Shown here: in pieces, positions 8,559 through 19,089 of the stretch
Numbering within the stretch: the first letter of the stretch is position 1
Layout: each line of letters opens with the position of its first letter
Source: an uncultured delta proteobacterium
Lineage (GTDB): Bacteria; Myxococcota_A; Polyangia; Polyangiales; Houyiibacteriaceae
Length of the DNA: 64,000 nucleotides
Direction of reading: 5' to 3'
NCBI GenBank assembly: GCA_963699755.1
Contig: CAVOVB010000002.1
Location: 672,001 to 736,000 of the forward strand
Position numbers and translations under genes: made by a program
The notes under the pieces: model-generated
The model's database searches: none
What the model was told of the DNA's origin: nothing
What the model saw: only the letters and a program-made list of their open reading frames with translations

Positions 8559-10172
8559 CTAGTGACGAAAGACGCCCCATGACGTGGTCCCCTCGAAGGG
8601 AGCGTTGTAGGCAGCCGACAAGCAAATCGCGATCACGCTCCGCGTGTCGCGCGGGTCGATGATGCCGTCGTCCCAGAGGCGCGCGGTGGCGTAGAGCGCA
8701 GTCGACTGCTCTTCGATCTGCTTCTCCGTCATCATCTTGGCGACCTCGAGCATCTTTTCGTCAACCTCGATGCCCTTCTTGGCCGCGGCGTCGCGCTGGA
8801 TGATGTCGAGCACGCCCGCGAGTTGCTTGCCGCCCATCACCGCGATCTTGTGATTGGGCCAGGTGAAGAGAAAGCGTGGAAGGTAAGAGCGGCCCATCAT
8901 GGCGTAATTGCCAGCGCCGTAGCTAGAGCCGGTCATGATGGTAATCGCCGGGACTTTGCTGTTGGACACGGCGTTGATCATCTTGGCACCGTGTTTGATG
9001 ATCCCATTCTGTTCGTACTGCTTGCCGACCATGAAACCGGTGGTGTTCTGCAAGAATACGAGTGGCACGTTGCTCTGGTTGCAGAGCTGAATGAACTGTG
9101 CGCCTTTGTTGGCGCTGTCACTGAAGATCGTTCCGTTGTTCGCAACGATCCCGACAGGAAAACCATGGATGTGCGCCCAGCCGCAAAGCATCGTTTTGCC
9201 GTACAGTGGCTTGAATTCGCTGAATCGGGAGCCATCGACGACGCGAGCGATGACTTCGCGCTGGTCGAAGGGAAAGCGCACATCTGCCGATGCAATGCCG
9301 AGTAGCTCCTCCGCATCGTAAAGGGGAGCTTCGATCGGACGCGGCCTAAGCTTGGCGCCCTTTTCCCATTCGAAGTGGGCTACGATTTCCCGCCCCAGGC
9401 GAATCGCGTCCACTTCGTCTTCGGCGAGGTAGTCAGAGACGCCGCTAATCACCGAGTGCATCTCCGCGCCGCCAAGCTCTTCATGCTCGGTCTCTTCACC
9501 GGTGGCCATCTTCACCAACGGCGGGCCGGCGAGGTAGACTTGCGCCTGCTCTTTGACCATCACGACATAGTCGCTCATGCCGGGCATGTACGCGCCGCCG
9601 GCGGTCGAGCTTCCGAAGACTAGGCAGATGGTCGGTATCTTCCGTTCGGAGCGCTGGGTGAGATGACGAAAGCCCGCCCCACCTGGAACGAAAATCTGAT
9701 CTTGCTTTGGCAGGTCCGCGCCGGCGGATTCGATGCAGGCGATGCCTGGCAATCGGTTCTGCTCGCAGATCTCGGCGAGCCTTCCTGTCTTCAGCATGCT
9801 GATCGGCGTGATGGCTCCTCCCTTCACCGTCGCTTCGCTTGCGGTGATGCAGCATTCGACGCCACTCACGAGGCCGACACCACCGACGACCGACGAACCG
9901 CTGACCTCGCCCTTCATCCCGTGGCCAGCCAGCGCACCGATCTCCAGGAAGTAGCTGTCGCGGTCGAGGAGCATCTCGATGCGTTGACGCGGCAGTATCC
10001 GGCCTCGTGAGAGGTGACGGCTCACGTATTTCTCGCCTCCGCCCCCGTTGGCTAGGGCGAGGGCCGCCCGAACCTTGGCGAGCGCGGAGAGATTGCCCTC
10101 ACGGTTGGTCTGGTACGTATCGGACTTGGTGTCGGCCTTCGAACGCAGGACGGGGTAAGGCTGCTCGGACAT
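8559..10172 (-). CDS. Acyl-CoA carboxylase carboxyltransferase (beta) subunit (AtuC/AccD2-like)
   Basis: [54 protein letters not shown]. Confidence 0.95.
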   Translation of the reverse strand: MSEQPYPVLRSKADTKSDTYQTNREGNLSALAKVRAALALANGGGGEKYVSRHLSRGRILPRQRIEMLLDRDSYFLEIGALAGHGMKGEVSGSSVVGGVGLVSGVECCITASEATVKGGAITPISMLKTGRLAEICEQNRLPGIACIESAGADLPKQDQIFVPGGAGFRHLTQRSERKIPTICLVFGSSTAGGAYMPGMSDYVVMVKEQAQVYLAGPPLVKMATGEETEHEELGGAEMHSVISGVSDYLAEDEVDAIRLGREIVAHFEWEKGAKLRPRPIEAPLYDAEELLGIASADVRFPFDQREVIARVVDGSRFSEFKPLYGKTMLCGWAHIHGFPVGIVANNGTIFSDSANKGAQFIQLCNQSNVPLVFLQNTTGFMVGKQYEQNGIIKHGAKMINAVSNSKVPAITIMTGSSYGAGNYAMMGRSYLPRFLFTWPNHKIAVMGGKQLAGVLDIIQRDAAAKKGIEVDEKMLEVAKMMTEKQIEEQSTALYATARLWDDGIIDPRDTRSVIAICLSAAYNAPFEGTTSWGVFRH

Positions 10173-10367
10173 GCCAGCGAATCCTAGAGGCTGCTCGCAA
10201 CCCTGGGCAACCAGAAAATGAATGAATATTCAATCAGCAGCTCCCGGCCCTGTGATCCATCCAACAGTGAGACCTCAACCACAGTGATAGTATATTTTTT
10301 TGATCATATGGTTGCGTTTTTTCCAGTTGGGTGGTACCACACGCTTAGAGAGGTCGGAGAAACAACA

Positions 10368-11711
10368 ATGTCAGCACAAACTTCTAGCTCCAACACAATC
10401 ATGAACGAAGTGATCGATGCCGTGAAAGCGCGTGGCTGGATCACTTACGGTGAAGCATCGGCGGTCATTGCAGGGATTGGGGCCACCCAGGGCAATGTCC
10501 GCAAGTTTCTCCGGCGACTCGAGGCGGCAGGCGTCGAGGTCACCGTCAAACAGGGAAAGAACCGAAGAGGAGACCGCCGTCGCTCTCCCAAGTCGGAAGA
10601 GAAGACCAACGTCCTCAGCGCGGAGCCCGTGCAGACCTATCTCGATTGGATGGGGGCGGTGAGCCTGCTCACGCGTGAGGGTGAGGTCGAGCTTGCACGT
10701 CAGATCGAAAAGGGCCGCCAGATCATCTTCGATGCGGTAGTCGAGGCCAAGCTTCACATCGAGGACCTCAGCGAGGTTTGCGAGCGCGTTGCTTCGCAGG
10801 AGCTCGCCGTTCGCGAGGCGGTCATCGAATCTGCGTTCGAATCAGTGCTCTGTGCGCTCGATTCGTACGTACAGTCTTGCGGAGAAGGAATGATCGCTCG
10901 CAAGAAGGCCGAGGCTGACTCGGGGCTCACGGCGAGCAAGCTTCGGAAGCTCCACTCTGTCGTCTCGACCGCGCATACCGAAGTCGAACGGGCAAAGTCG
11001 GAGATGGTCGAAGCGAATCTCCGGCTGGTTGTGGCCATTGCGAAGAAGTACTTGAAGCGTGGCCTGCCTTTCATGGACCTGATCCAGGAGGGCAACATGG
11101 GCCTCATGCGTGCGATCGACAAGTTCGACTACCGCCGCGGTTACAAGCTCTCGACGTACGCTTCGTGGTGGATTCGTCAGTCGATGGCGCGCGCCACGAC
11201 GGACCAAGCGCGTACGATTCGGATTCCGGTCCACGCCTGCGAGCTCCTCACCAAGGTCACCGGGATGACGCGAAAGCTCACCGGTGAGCTTGGACGGGAG
11301 CCCAGTGCCGCGGAGATCGCAAAGCGAATGAAGCTCCCGACGGATCAGGTCGCGAATCTTCTGATGATCTCGCGAGACACGGTGTCGTTGGAAATGCCGG
11401 TGGGCAACGATGGAAACAGCGAGCTCCGGGACTTGATAGCCGATGACGAGGGCGGGACGCCGATGGATACCGTGATCGGCGAGGACCTTTCGAAGTCGGT
11501 CGAGCGAGCTCTCGAGAGCTTGAACCCGCGCGAGCAACGGATCATTCGAATGCGCTTCGGCATCGGCGAGAAGGAATCCCACACCCTAGCCGAGATCGGC
11601 CGAGAATTTGGGCTCAGTCGAGAGCGCATTCGCCAGTTGCAGTCCCTTGCGCTTCGCAAGCTCCGCACGGTGCACGGGGACGCCGCTCTGAAGCAGTTCG
11701 TCACCGGCTGA
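10368..11711 (+). CDS. RpoD-like sigma-70 factor (divergent paralog)
   Basis: Region 1.2 [15 protein letters not shown], region 2 [14 protein letters not shown]...[19 protein letters not shown]...WWIRQ, region 4 [21 protein letters not shown] at 10368 follows GGAG. Confidence 0.93.
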   Translation: MSAQTSSSNTIMNEVIDAVKARGWITYGEASAVIAGIGATQGNVRKFLRRLEAAGVEVTVKQGKNRRGDRRRSPKSEEKTNVLSAEPVQTYLDWMGAVSLLTREGEVELARQIEKGRQIIFDAVVEAKLHIEDLSEVCERVASQELAVREAVIESAFESVLCALDSYVQSCGEGMIARKKAEADSGLTASKLRKLHSVVSTAHTEVERAKSEMVEANLRLVVAIAKKYLKRGLPFMDLIQEGNMGLMRAIDKFDYRRGYKLSTYASWWIRQSMARATTDQARTIRIPVHACELLTKVTGMTRKLTGELGREPSAAEIAKRMKLPTDQVANLLMISRDTVSLEMPVGNDGNSELRDLIADDEGGTPMDTVIGEDLSKSVERALESLNPREQRIIRMRFGIGEKESHTLAEIGREFGLSRERIRQLQSLALRKLRTVHGDAALKQFVTG

Positions 11712-11830
11712 GGGGCGCTTCGGCGCGGGCCCCATCACACGCGTGCCGTAGATCTGTCGAGCCGGTAGAATCAATGCCATCGGCGTGACGCGCACCGCGC
11801 GCAAGTCCCCGATCCGAAGATCAGACGGTG

Positions 11831-12148
11831 TCAATCGAGCTCTCCGTTCTTCGCCTTGTCGATCCACTTCTCCATCGTTCGCTGCACGACGTCGAGCGCC
11901 ATGTTCTTGAACGGGCGGAGAAGAAGCGGAACCTTCTGCATCTCGATCACTGCCTGCCCCGGCTGCATGTCGACCGTCGCTGCGACGTTGACGCCTTTAA
12001 CATGGAACGTGATCTCGGCCCTCGTGTCCGTGACCCAGGTCGACTTCGCGTCGTACTTCGCCCACTTCTTCGTGTAGTGCTCCGCAGCTTTGTCCGCAGC
12101 CTTCTTGGCTAGCTCCGGGCTGAGGTCGTGCTTGATGATATGCTCCAT
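11831..12148 (-). CDS. Putative polyhydroxyalkanoic acid system family protein (PHA_gran_rgn-like)
   Basis: 105 aa, MEHIIKHDLSPELAKKA...W...F...VPLLLRPFK pattern. Downstream of the ArsA pair. Confidence 0.6.
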   Translation of the reverse strand: MEHIIKHDLSPELAKKAADKAAEHYTKKWAKYDAKSTWVTDTRAEITFHVKGVNVAATVDMQPGQAVIEMQKVPLLLRPFKNMALDVVQRTMEKWIDKAKNGELD

Positions 12149-12195
12149 GAGGCCTCTCGCTGGGCCAAAGGATTGCACGAAACCGCGGGTCGACG

Positions 12196-13287
12196 CTATG
12201 TGAGAGCCGAAATCTGACGTCCCTGATGGATCCAAGCAGCCAAGGCTGAAGGATCGCCGAGCGGACGGATTGCCTCAGGGAGTGCCCACGCCGCAAGCCC
12301 CAGATTGGTAACGAAGGCGACCATGTTGGCATGCTTCTGCGCCTCTTCGGCGTTCAATGACGCTCGCATTCGCTCGAGCTTGGGAGCGAGGGCGGCAAGC
12401 CTATCGGGATAGGGGACCTTGGTCGGCATCGGACGGGCGGTTCTGGGAATGAATGCCCTGTTGAACACGACATGCGCCAACTCGAAATCCCGACTCCGGA
12501 TCTCCGCGGCGACGGATTTGGCAGCTTCGAGTCCGGCTGCATCAGCCGAGGACACGAGAACGAAGATGCTGCTGGAGGAACGCATCAACTCCTGGACCTC
12601 CTTTGCGCGCTCGGCGAACCCCTCGCGAAGGAAGGCCATCTCGGTGAGGAACTCGGTAAGAGCTGAAACCAGGGAATCCCCTGTCACGATTCGCAAGAGC
12701 CTCTGTGTGATCGCGCCGCCGCGCAGCTGCGGAGTTTCCTCGGAGCCCTGCAGAAACCATCGAACGACGCTCTGATCGAGGAAGCTCACCAGCCGGGCGG
12801 GCGCATCGAGAATTTCGATAGAGCTCTGCGCGGGCGGCGTGTCGACGACGACCAGATCGTATCGCCGCTCGTGTACCGCCTCGTGAACCCGCTCCATGGC
12901 GGCGTAGGCGTGTGAGCGTGCGAGCGTGTTCGAGAATGCCTGGTAGATTCGATTGTCGAGAACGCGTTGCGCTCGTGCCTGATCGGCGGCGGCGCGTCGT
13001 ATGATCCCGTCGGCGCTCGACTTGGTCTCCAACATGGCGGCGTGAAGCTCGCCGGCGTACGCCCGTGGGAGCGAGCTTGGGGGCAGCGGGATGTCTGAAG
13101 GGGCGTCGCGAAGGTCGCGGATGCCGAGGGCATCGGCCAAGCGTCGCGCAGGGTCGGCCGTCAGCACGAGGACCGACCTCCCCCGCAAGGCCTCGCCAAG
13201 CCCGAGTGCCGCTGCAAAGGTCGTCTTGCCCACTCCGCCCACGCCGACGCAGAACGCCAGCCTGCAGTCGTCGGAAAGCTGGATCAC
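12196..13287 (-). CDS. ArsA/Get3-family ATPase (variant P-loop)
   Basis: CVGVGGVGKTT, TADPARRLADALG, YDLVVVDTPP. Confidence 0.9.
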   Translation of the reverse strand: MIQLSDDCRLAFCVGVGGVGKTTFAAALGLGEALRGRSVLVLTADPARRLADALGIRDLRDAPSDIPLPPSSLPRAYAGELHAAMLETKSSADGIIRRAAADQARAQRVLDNRIYQAFSNTLARSHAYAAMERVHEAVHERRYDLVVVDTPPAQSSIEILDAPARLVSFLDQSVVRWFLQGSEETPQLRGGAITQRLLRIVTGDSLVSALTEFLTEMAFLREGFAERAKEVQELMRSSSSIFVLVSSADAAGLEAAKSVAAEIRSRDFELAHVVFNRAFIPRTARPMPTKVPYPDRLAALAPKLERMRASLNAEEAQKHANMVAFVTNLGLAAWALPEAIRPLGDPSALAAWIHQGRQISALT

Positions 13288-14219
13288 CAGAGGCCCTCAC
13301 GCTCGATCATAGCCGAAAACCTGTCGATGATCGCGTCGCTCTCCTCGTCCTGCGCCTCAAACGTCATCGTTGGCAGGTCGATATCCCGCTGAAGCCCCCG
13401 TAGGCATTTCTCGGCAGTCTGCCGGCGCCAACCGAGATACTGCGCGAGGGCCAGGTCGGGAGCCCAGGGCTGGCCGGCACTCGCGCCGGCGAGCTCTGCT
13501 TCGACGAGTCGTTGCTCCTGCTCGTCTAGCCAGGCGCGCGGGACGCGATTGATGAACAAGCATCCCAGATGCAGGTCTTCGCGGTGACGAAGCTGCGCGT
13601 GAAGTTGAATCGTTTCGTTGACGGCGAGGGGCTCGGGCACGGTGACGATGTGGAGCGCACATCGACGTTCATCGCGGACGAGCTCGCTCGCGCTATCGAC
13701 TATTTGGCGGAGAGGTCCATCCTTGAGAAACACCTCGAGAACGCTCGGGAGATCGAAGAACATCAGGGCATGCCCGGTGGATTCGAGGTCGACGAGGATG
13801 GGACTCCATCGCTCGTCTGCCGCGAGCTGCGCCACACGATGGAAGGTCACGATCTCGTCCACCCCCGGAGCCGCCATGAACAAGCGCCGCAAAGAGCGGT
13901 TTTTCGCGACGAGGCCGGCGATCGGGCGGAGCTTGAGTCGCGATGTGATGTAGTCCACCAGTGCTGGCTCGAACTCAACGCGGCTGGCAAACACGCCTGG
14001 CACGACCTCGGAGGGTTCGTATCCAACGTCCGGGCCGTGAAACAAGTGCGACGACGAAGTGTGAGCTCCAAGCTCCACGATCAGCGGTCGCTTGCCCGCG
14101 CGGGCCGCGGCCGTCGCGAGCGCTGCGAGGACCGTAGACTTGCCCACCCCGCCCTTGCCCGTGAAGAACTGCACCTGCCGCGTGAGGGGCTCCCGAGTGG
14201 TCGCGTGCACCTTGCGCAC
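13284..14219 (-). CDS. ArsA/Get3-family ATPase
   Basis: FTGKGGVGKST, AAPGVDEI, VDLESTGH, VTVPEPLAVNET. Start uncertain. Confidence 0.88.
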   Translation of the reverse strand: MRKVHATTREPLTRQVQFFTGKGGVGKSTVLAALATAAARAGKRPLIVELGAHTSSSHLFHGPDVGYEPSEVVPGVFASRVEFEPALVDYITSRLKLRPIAGLVAKNRSLRRLFMAAPGVDEIVTFHRVAQLAADERWSPILVDLESTGHALMFFDLPSVLEVFLKDGPLRQIVDSASELVRDERRCALHIVTVPEPLAVNETIQLHAQLRHREDLHLGCLFINRVPRAWLDEQEQRLVEAELAGASAGQPWAPDLALAQYLGWRRQTAEKCLRGLQRDIDLPTMTFEAQDEESDAIIDRFSAMIEREGLW

Positions 14220-14259
14220 CTAGCAGGTTCGAAACGTGATATCGAGGGAGCAGCTCTCC

Positions 14260-15117
14260 ATGAAAGCCTGGCTCCAAGCGTTGCGACCACTGGCCCATGT
14301 CAACATCGCGGTCCCCTTGCTCTTGGGACAGGTCGCTGCCTGGCATACGACCAGCCGATTCAGCTGGCCCTGGTTCGCGGCTGCAATGCTCTGGGGCAGC
14401 TTGGATCATCTGTTCGTGGTGTTCGCGAACGACTTCGCCGATCACGAAGCGGACAGCGGTCGGCGAACCCTGCTCTCGGGGGGTTCGGGGGTCATTCCTG
14501 AAGGCAAGTTGACCCCATTGCAGGTGGAACGGGCCGCCTGGGCGGCGGCAATGCTGCTCATGATCTACTCCTGTGCACTCGTCTTGTTCGGGCGGAGCTT
14601 GACCCCGTTCTACGCGCTCGTCGCACTGCTTTTGATGTGGCTCTACAGCTTCAGACCGGTGCGCCTGAGCTACCGTGGCGGGGGCGAGCTACTCCAAGGT
14701 CTCGGGGTCGGCATCGGCCTTCCTTCGCTCGGCTATTACCTCCAGGCAGAGGGCGTCTTCGCACCGGCCTGGGTGATTGGTCCTGCAGCGCTTCTAGGCG
14801 TTTGCAGCAACGTCCTCACCGCGCTCCCCGACGTCGAGGATGATTCGCGCGCCGCGAAGCAGACCTGGCCCGTGCGGCACGGCATGACGTCCGCCCGGCG
14901 CTTTGCGTCCGCCGGCATTTCGTTTGCGGCGTTTGCAGTATTCCTCTGGACACCGTCAGTCTCGGTGCCGATCAAGGCAGGCGTGGCGATTGCACCGCTC
15001 CTCCCTCTCTTGGCGGGCGCCCGGGCCGTGGACCCGTTTCGCGCCGCATGGTGGTCGAGCATTGCGCTCAACCTCTTGGTCGCGCTCTGGATGCTTGCGA
15101 TGCTCTCGTCCCTTTAG
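14260..15117 (+). CDS. UbiA-family prenyltransferase, MenA-like (copy 1)
   Basis: WLQALRP, NDFADHEAD, SGGSGV, SYRGGGE, PDVEDDSRAAKQT; multiple TM segments. Alternative GTG start at 14236. Confidence 0.85.
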   Translation: MKAWLQALRPLAHVNIAVPLLLGQVAAWHTTSRFSWPWFAAAMLWGSLDHLFVVFANDFADHEADSGRRTLLSGGSGVIPEGKLTPLQVERAAWAAAMLLMIYSCALVLFGRSLTPFYALVALLLMWLYSFRPVRLSYRGGGELLQGLGVGIGLPSLGYYLQAEGVFAPAWVIGPAALLGVCSNVLTALPDVEDDSRAAKQTWPVRHGMTSARRFASAGISFAAFAVFLWTPSVSVPIKAGVAIAPLLPLLAGARAVDPFRAAWWSSIALNLLVALWMLAMLSSL

Positions 15118-15845
15118 CGGCTCAACCCAAGAGATGCAGCTACATCCTCGCGAAGCGCATCGAAATCCCGACTCGCATCCGGCCGCGTGTCGCGCCGCCA
15201 AGCCTTTACCGGAACGTAGTCTTTTTCGGCGAGCACACGATAGAGCGAAAGCTCTTCCTCGGGCTCGCGGGAGAATGGAAACGGGTTTCTTGAAGCGCCG
15301 CCGTCGATCTTCGGGTACCAGTCGTCATCTGCGTTGATCAAGGTCAGTATGTCGCGACCGCGGCTTTCCGTTTGCCGTAGGAAGTCGACCCCGAACGGCT
15401 CGATGCCTGCGCGCTTTCGTGGAGCGCGGCGAACCCAGCGTGCCCAGTCGAAGCCGTACATGAAGTCGTGCACGTAGCGAAATCGAATCAACGACTGCTG
15501 CCCATAGAGCGTCATCAAGCCGACCGTCAGCCGCGTGATGTCGGCGAGATAGCTCGCGTAGTCGCAGGCATCGGCTGCGCTTCGATGGATGGATGTCAAG
15601 TAGAAATCGAAGTCCCAGAAGAGATTCTCGGGAAAGCTCCTGAGCTGGGCTTCCGCGACTGCCGAAGCTGCGGCAGCCAGGTGCGGCAACTGCCGCGAAT
15701 CGGCCAAGCTAGACACGAGCTCGGCGAGCGGGCTTGCGGTCGAGCGACCCGGGTCGAGGGTCAGCGCGCCGAATCGGCTCTCTTGGATTCTAGCTTGGAC
15801 GCCAAGCAGCGGAATGATCGTTTCGTCTAGCGCCTGAGCGGTCAT
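15114..15845 (-). CDS. Hypothetical protein rich in aromatic/acidic motifs
   Basis: 243-aa ORF whose ATG overlaps the upstream TGA. Contains FPENLFWDFDFY and FRYVHDFMYGFDWARW. No family recognised. Confidence 0.7.
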   Translation of the reverse strand: MTAQALDETIIPLLGVQARIQESRFGALTLDPGRSTASPLAELVSSLADSRQLPHLAAAASAVAEAQLRSFPENLFWDFDFYLTSIHRSAADACDYASYLADITRLTVGLMTLYGQQSLIRFRYVHDFMYGFDWARWVRRAPRKRAGIEPFGVDFLRQTESRGRDILTLINADDDWYPKIDGGASRNPFPFSREPEEELSLYRVLAEKDYVPVKAWRRDTRPDASRDFDALREDVAASLGLSR

Positions 15846-16801
15846 GTCAATCCCAACCGCAGCGACAGGAGCAGTGTCGCCACCATTGTACTATGCCAGA
15901 TCGCTCGATGAAGGAAATGTTTGTACTCGCCCTGCGCCCGAAACGCGCTGGTGACCGCGGCGTCGCTCACTTTTCGCATCGCAACGAAGTTCCACGATGC
16001 GATCGCTACGGCAGGCACGACGGCCCAGAGCGGCAACCATTGCGGCTTGGCGAGCGATACGGCCAGCCAGCTTGCGGCCCCTAGCACAACGCAGGCTTCG
16101 GTGAGGTGTCGGGCGGCCGCGTTCCCGACCACCGAGGCGAAGGTGCGTTTCCCGCCGGCACGATCGCTCTCTTCGTCGGACAAGCCGCTTGCGACCCCAC
16201 TTGCGAGGCTGAGTAGCGAGAACCCCAGAACCCAGAGCCAGGCACTCGGGCTGATGCCGCCCGCCTGCAGGTACGCATTGTAGAGCGGCAGGGCTATCCC
16301 GACGCCGAACATCTCCAAGAGCTCGCCTCCGCCCCGGTAGTTTAGGCGAAGCGGGGGCAGCGTGTAGGCGACGAAGAGCAACATGCTGAACAGCCCGGCT
16401 TCCAATGCCATCGGTCGTCGGAGAGCGACCTCCGCACCGGCAGCCGTGAGCAGGGTAGCGCCACCGAACAGGAGGCCTGCGATCCCTACCGCGCGGGCGT
16501 CGAGGATACGGTCTGGGATGGTTTTTGGGGAGCAACCATCGGGGAACATCCTGCGCTTGATTGCGTCGACCTCACGGTCGCCCCAGTCGTTGAGCAAGAC
16601 GATGAAGCCCAAGCCGAGCACCGTGAAGCCAAGCCCCCATCCGAGCGCCTGCACATCGAACCCTCGAGACTGACTCGCGCCAATGAGCTGCCCGAATAGA
16701 GCCGGCACGAACAACTTGGGCCAACTCGCGGGCTTGAGCGCGTAGAGCCATCGCCCCAGGGCAGAGCCACGAACCCCTGCGCCTGTGACCGAAGCCTTCA
16801 T
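15842..16801 (-). CDS. UbiA-family prenyltransferase, MenA-like (copy 2)
   Basis: WLYALKP, NDWGDREVD, NYRGGGE, SDEESDRAGGKRT; multiple TM segments. Confidence 0.85.
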   Translation of the reverse strand: MKASVTGAGVRGSALGRWLYALKPASWPKLFVPALFGQLIGASQSRGFDVQALGWGLGFTVLGLGFIVLLNDWGDREVDAIKRRMFPDGCSPKTIPDRILDARAVGIAGLLFGGATLLTAAGAEVALRRPMALEAGLFSMLLFVAYTLPPLRLNYRGGGELLEMFGVGIALPLYNAYLQAGGISPSAWLWVLGFSLLSLASGVASGLSDEESDRAGGKRTFASVVGNAAARHLTEACVVLGAASWLAVSLAKPQWLPLWAVVPAVAIASWNFVAMRKVSDAAVTSAFRAQGEYKHFLHRAIWHSTMVATLLLSLRLGLT

Positions 16802-17877
16802 GGTCCCTTGGGTGAATCGACGGGCTTCACCTGATCTGGCTTGCTCTCGATGTGTTTTGCCCGGGCTTCCCAGTTGGCACGGGCCATCGCGCGCATGTCT
16901 TTGACCGAGTCCATCTCATCGACGATTTCGAGCCCGATGAGGGTTTCAAGAACGTCCTCCATGGTAACGACCCCGTCCACGCCGCCGTACTCGTCCACCA
17001 CCACGGCGATGTGCTCTCGATGGTCGAGTAGTTTCTCGAACAAGGCGGGCAGCGCAACGGTGTCAGGCACGATTAAGGCCTCCCGCGCGAAAGAGCGTAG
17101 TGGTACGTCTAGCTCGTCGCGAGCGGCGCGCAGCAGAAGCTGGTCCTTCAAGATGTATCCGGTCACCTGGTCCGGGGTTTCCTTCCAGATCGGGATTCTG
17201 GAGAAGATCATGGAGCCACGTTCCGCGATCGCATCCCGCACCTTGGTGTTTTCTCCCAGCGAGAACATGACCGTGCGGGGCGTCATGATGTCCCTGGTTC
17301 GCAGTGAGCCGAAACGAAACAGGTTTCGGAGAATTCTCATCTCCGATTTGTCGAAGATCCCCTGCTCTCCCCCGACGCGGGCCAGCGCTGCGAACTCTTC
17401 GCGCGAAAGCGTCTCCGGAACCCGCCGACGCTTCAGCAAGCCGGTGAGCTTCTCCGAGAGCCAGACCAGCGGCAGCAGGATCACGATCAGCGGCGGCAGA
17501 ACGGCAGCCATGAAGCCCGCCAATTGTCGCCAGTACATGGCTCCTAGTGTTTTCGGAATGATCTCCGCTAGAAAGAGGATGGACAGCGTCAAGATTGCCG
17601 AGGTGATAGCCAGCACCTCGGAGCCCCACAAGCGTTGCGCTTCGGCGCCGACCCCCGCCGCGCCGACGGTGTTCGCAGTCGTGTTGAGACTCAGGATTGC
17701 CGAAAGGGGCCTGTCGACATTGGCCTTGAGCGCGCGCAAACGAGCGCCCACCTTCGGTCGATCTTGTTCGAGCTTCGCAAGGTGGGACGGTGCAACGCTG
17801 AGAAGTGCGGCCTCGAGGATCGAGCATAGAAATGAGACACCCAAGGCGATGCCCATGTAGATGAAGAGCACGGTCAT
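16798..17877 (-). CDS. CNNM/DUF21 + CBS domain protein (CorB/TlyC-like)
   Basis: SFLCSILEAALLS, ILSLNT, EIIPKT, DIMTPR, FSRIP, VVDEYGG..G.VTMED. Confidence 0.92.
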   Translation of the reverse strand: MTVLFIYMGIALGVSFLCSILEAALLSVAPSHLAKLEQDRPKVGARLRALKANVDRPLSAILSLNTTANTVGAAGVGAEAQRLWGSEVLAITSAILTLSILFLAEIIPKTLGAMYWRQLAGFMAAVLPPLIVILLPLVWLSEKLTGLLKRRRVPETLSREEFAALARVGGEQGIFDKSEMRILRNLFRFGSLRTRDIMTPRTVMFSLGENTKVRDAIAERGSMIFSRIPIWKETPDQVTGYILKDQLLLRAARDELDVPLRSFAREALIVPDTVALPALFEKLLDHREHIAVVVDEYGGVDGVVTMEDVLETLIGLEIVDEMDSVKDMRAMARANWEARAKHIESKPDQVKPVDSPKGP

Positions 17878-19058
17878 CCGGAGGCCCGGTCCACCCCAGG
17901 TTCGGGTTCGCCATGACGCCGGAACGGACCGTGTGCACTGAGCTCGCTGATCTGGCGTTGGACGGAAAAAGCTTCGCGCGGGAGGAAATCGGCAACCGCC
18001 TGCTCGAGCACGGGGTGACGTATCCAGTGTGCGCTGTGGATAGGCACCGGCATCAACCCACGCCTCAGCTTGTGGGTACCCTGGGCGCCGGCTTCGAAGC
18101 GGCGCATGCGATTGTCAATGGCGTGCTCGATGAGGCGATAATAGCAGAGCTCGAAATGAAGCATGTCGTGCCTTCGGGTTGCGCCCCAATATCGGCCGTA
18201 AAGATGTCCGCCTTTTGCGAAGTTGATCGAGGCGGCGACGATGCGACCCTCGTTTTTCGCGGTGAGGACGAGCGGAGAGCCAGCGAGCGTGGATGGTGCT
18301 CGCTCGAAGAACTCGGGCGTCAAATAGGGATAGGACCCCTTGCGGCCACAGGTCGCGCGGTAAAGACGCTCGAGGGTCTGCCAACCGTCGACGCTGAGCT
18401 CGTCTCCGCGAAACTCTTCGATCTGAAGCCTAGCCTCAGCGGCGACCCGGCGTTCTTTTCGTAGCTTCTTTCGCATCGACGAGCGGAACTCCGCGACGAA
18501 GTCCTCAAAGCTTTCGTATCCCTGGTTCCGCCAGTGAAACTGGAAGGAGAGCCGTTTCATCAGCCGGCCGTCGCGAGCGACCCAGTCCTGCTCTTCGGGA
18601 CTCAGGAACAGAAGATGAATCGACGAGGCCCGGGTTGCCTCCGCGGCCTCGAGACAGCCGTCGATCAAGTATCGGACGACTTCGGCCGGATTTTCCTCTG
18701 CTGCAAAGAGAAAGCGCCTCCCGGTCACGGGAGTGACCGGCACCATCGCGACGAGCTTGGGATAGTAGCTTAGCCCCAATCGCGAAGCCGCGTCCGCCCA
18801 GCTCCAGTCGAAGATGTACTCGCCATAGCTGTGGGTCTTCAGGTAGAGCGGCAAGGCGCCAATGAGCCGCTTGCCTCGCCACACGGTGACGTGCACTGGC
18901 TCCCAGCCCGAGCCGCGCCCTACCGACCCGCTTTGTTCGAGCAACGACAGAAAAGCATGCTCGACGAACGGATCGTCTTCGCCGACCAATTGATTCCAGG
19001 CCTTGGCGTCTATGGACGCCAGCGACGACGAGATCCGTATGTCGATCGACTCACGCAA
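17874..19058 (-). CDS. GNAT/FemAB-like protein (DUF482 type)
   Basis: PLYLKTHSYGEYIFDWSWA, YYPKL, LYGRYWG, LHFELCYY, FEAGAQGTHKLRRG. Confidence 0.9.
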   Translation of the reverse strand: MRESIDIRISSSLASIDAKAWNQLVGEDDPFVEHAFLSLLEQSGSVGRGSGWEPVHVTVWRGKRLIGALPLYLKTHSYGEYIFDWSWADAASRLGLSYYPKLVAMVPVTPVTGRRFLFAAEENPAEVVRYLIDGCLEAAEATRASSIHLLFLSPEEQDWVARDGRLMKRLSFQFHWRNQGYESFEDFVAEFRSSMRKKLRKERRVAAEARLQIEEFRGDELSVDGWQTLERLYRATCGRKGSYPYLTPEFFERAPSTLAGSPLVLTAKNEGRIVAASINFAKGGHLYGRYWGATRRHDMLHFELCYYRLIEHAIDNRMRRFEAGAQGTHKLRRGLMPVPIHSAHWIRHPVLEQAVADFLPREAFSVQRQISELSAHGPFRRHGEPEPGVDRASG

Positions 19059-19089
19059 GCGAGTGAGGGAGTCTGCACGACGAGAGCGG

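Noticed and set aside
12196..14219. Arsenic-resistance operon
   Set aside because: No arsR, arsB, acr3, arsC or arsD; these are single-domain ATPases of the Get3-like paired type.
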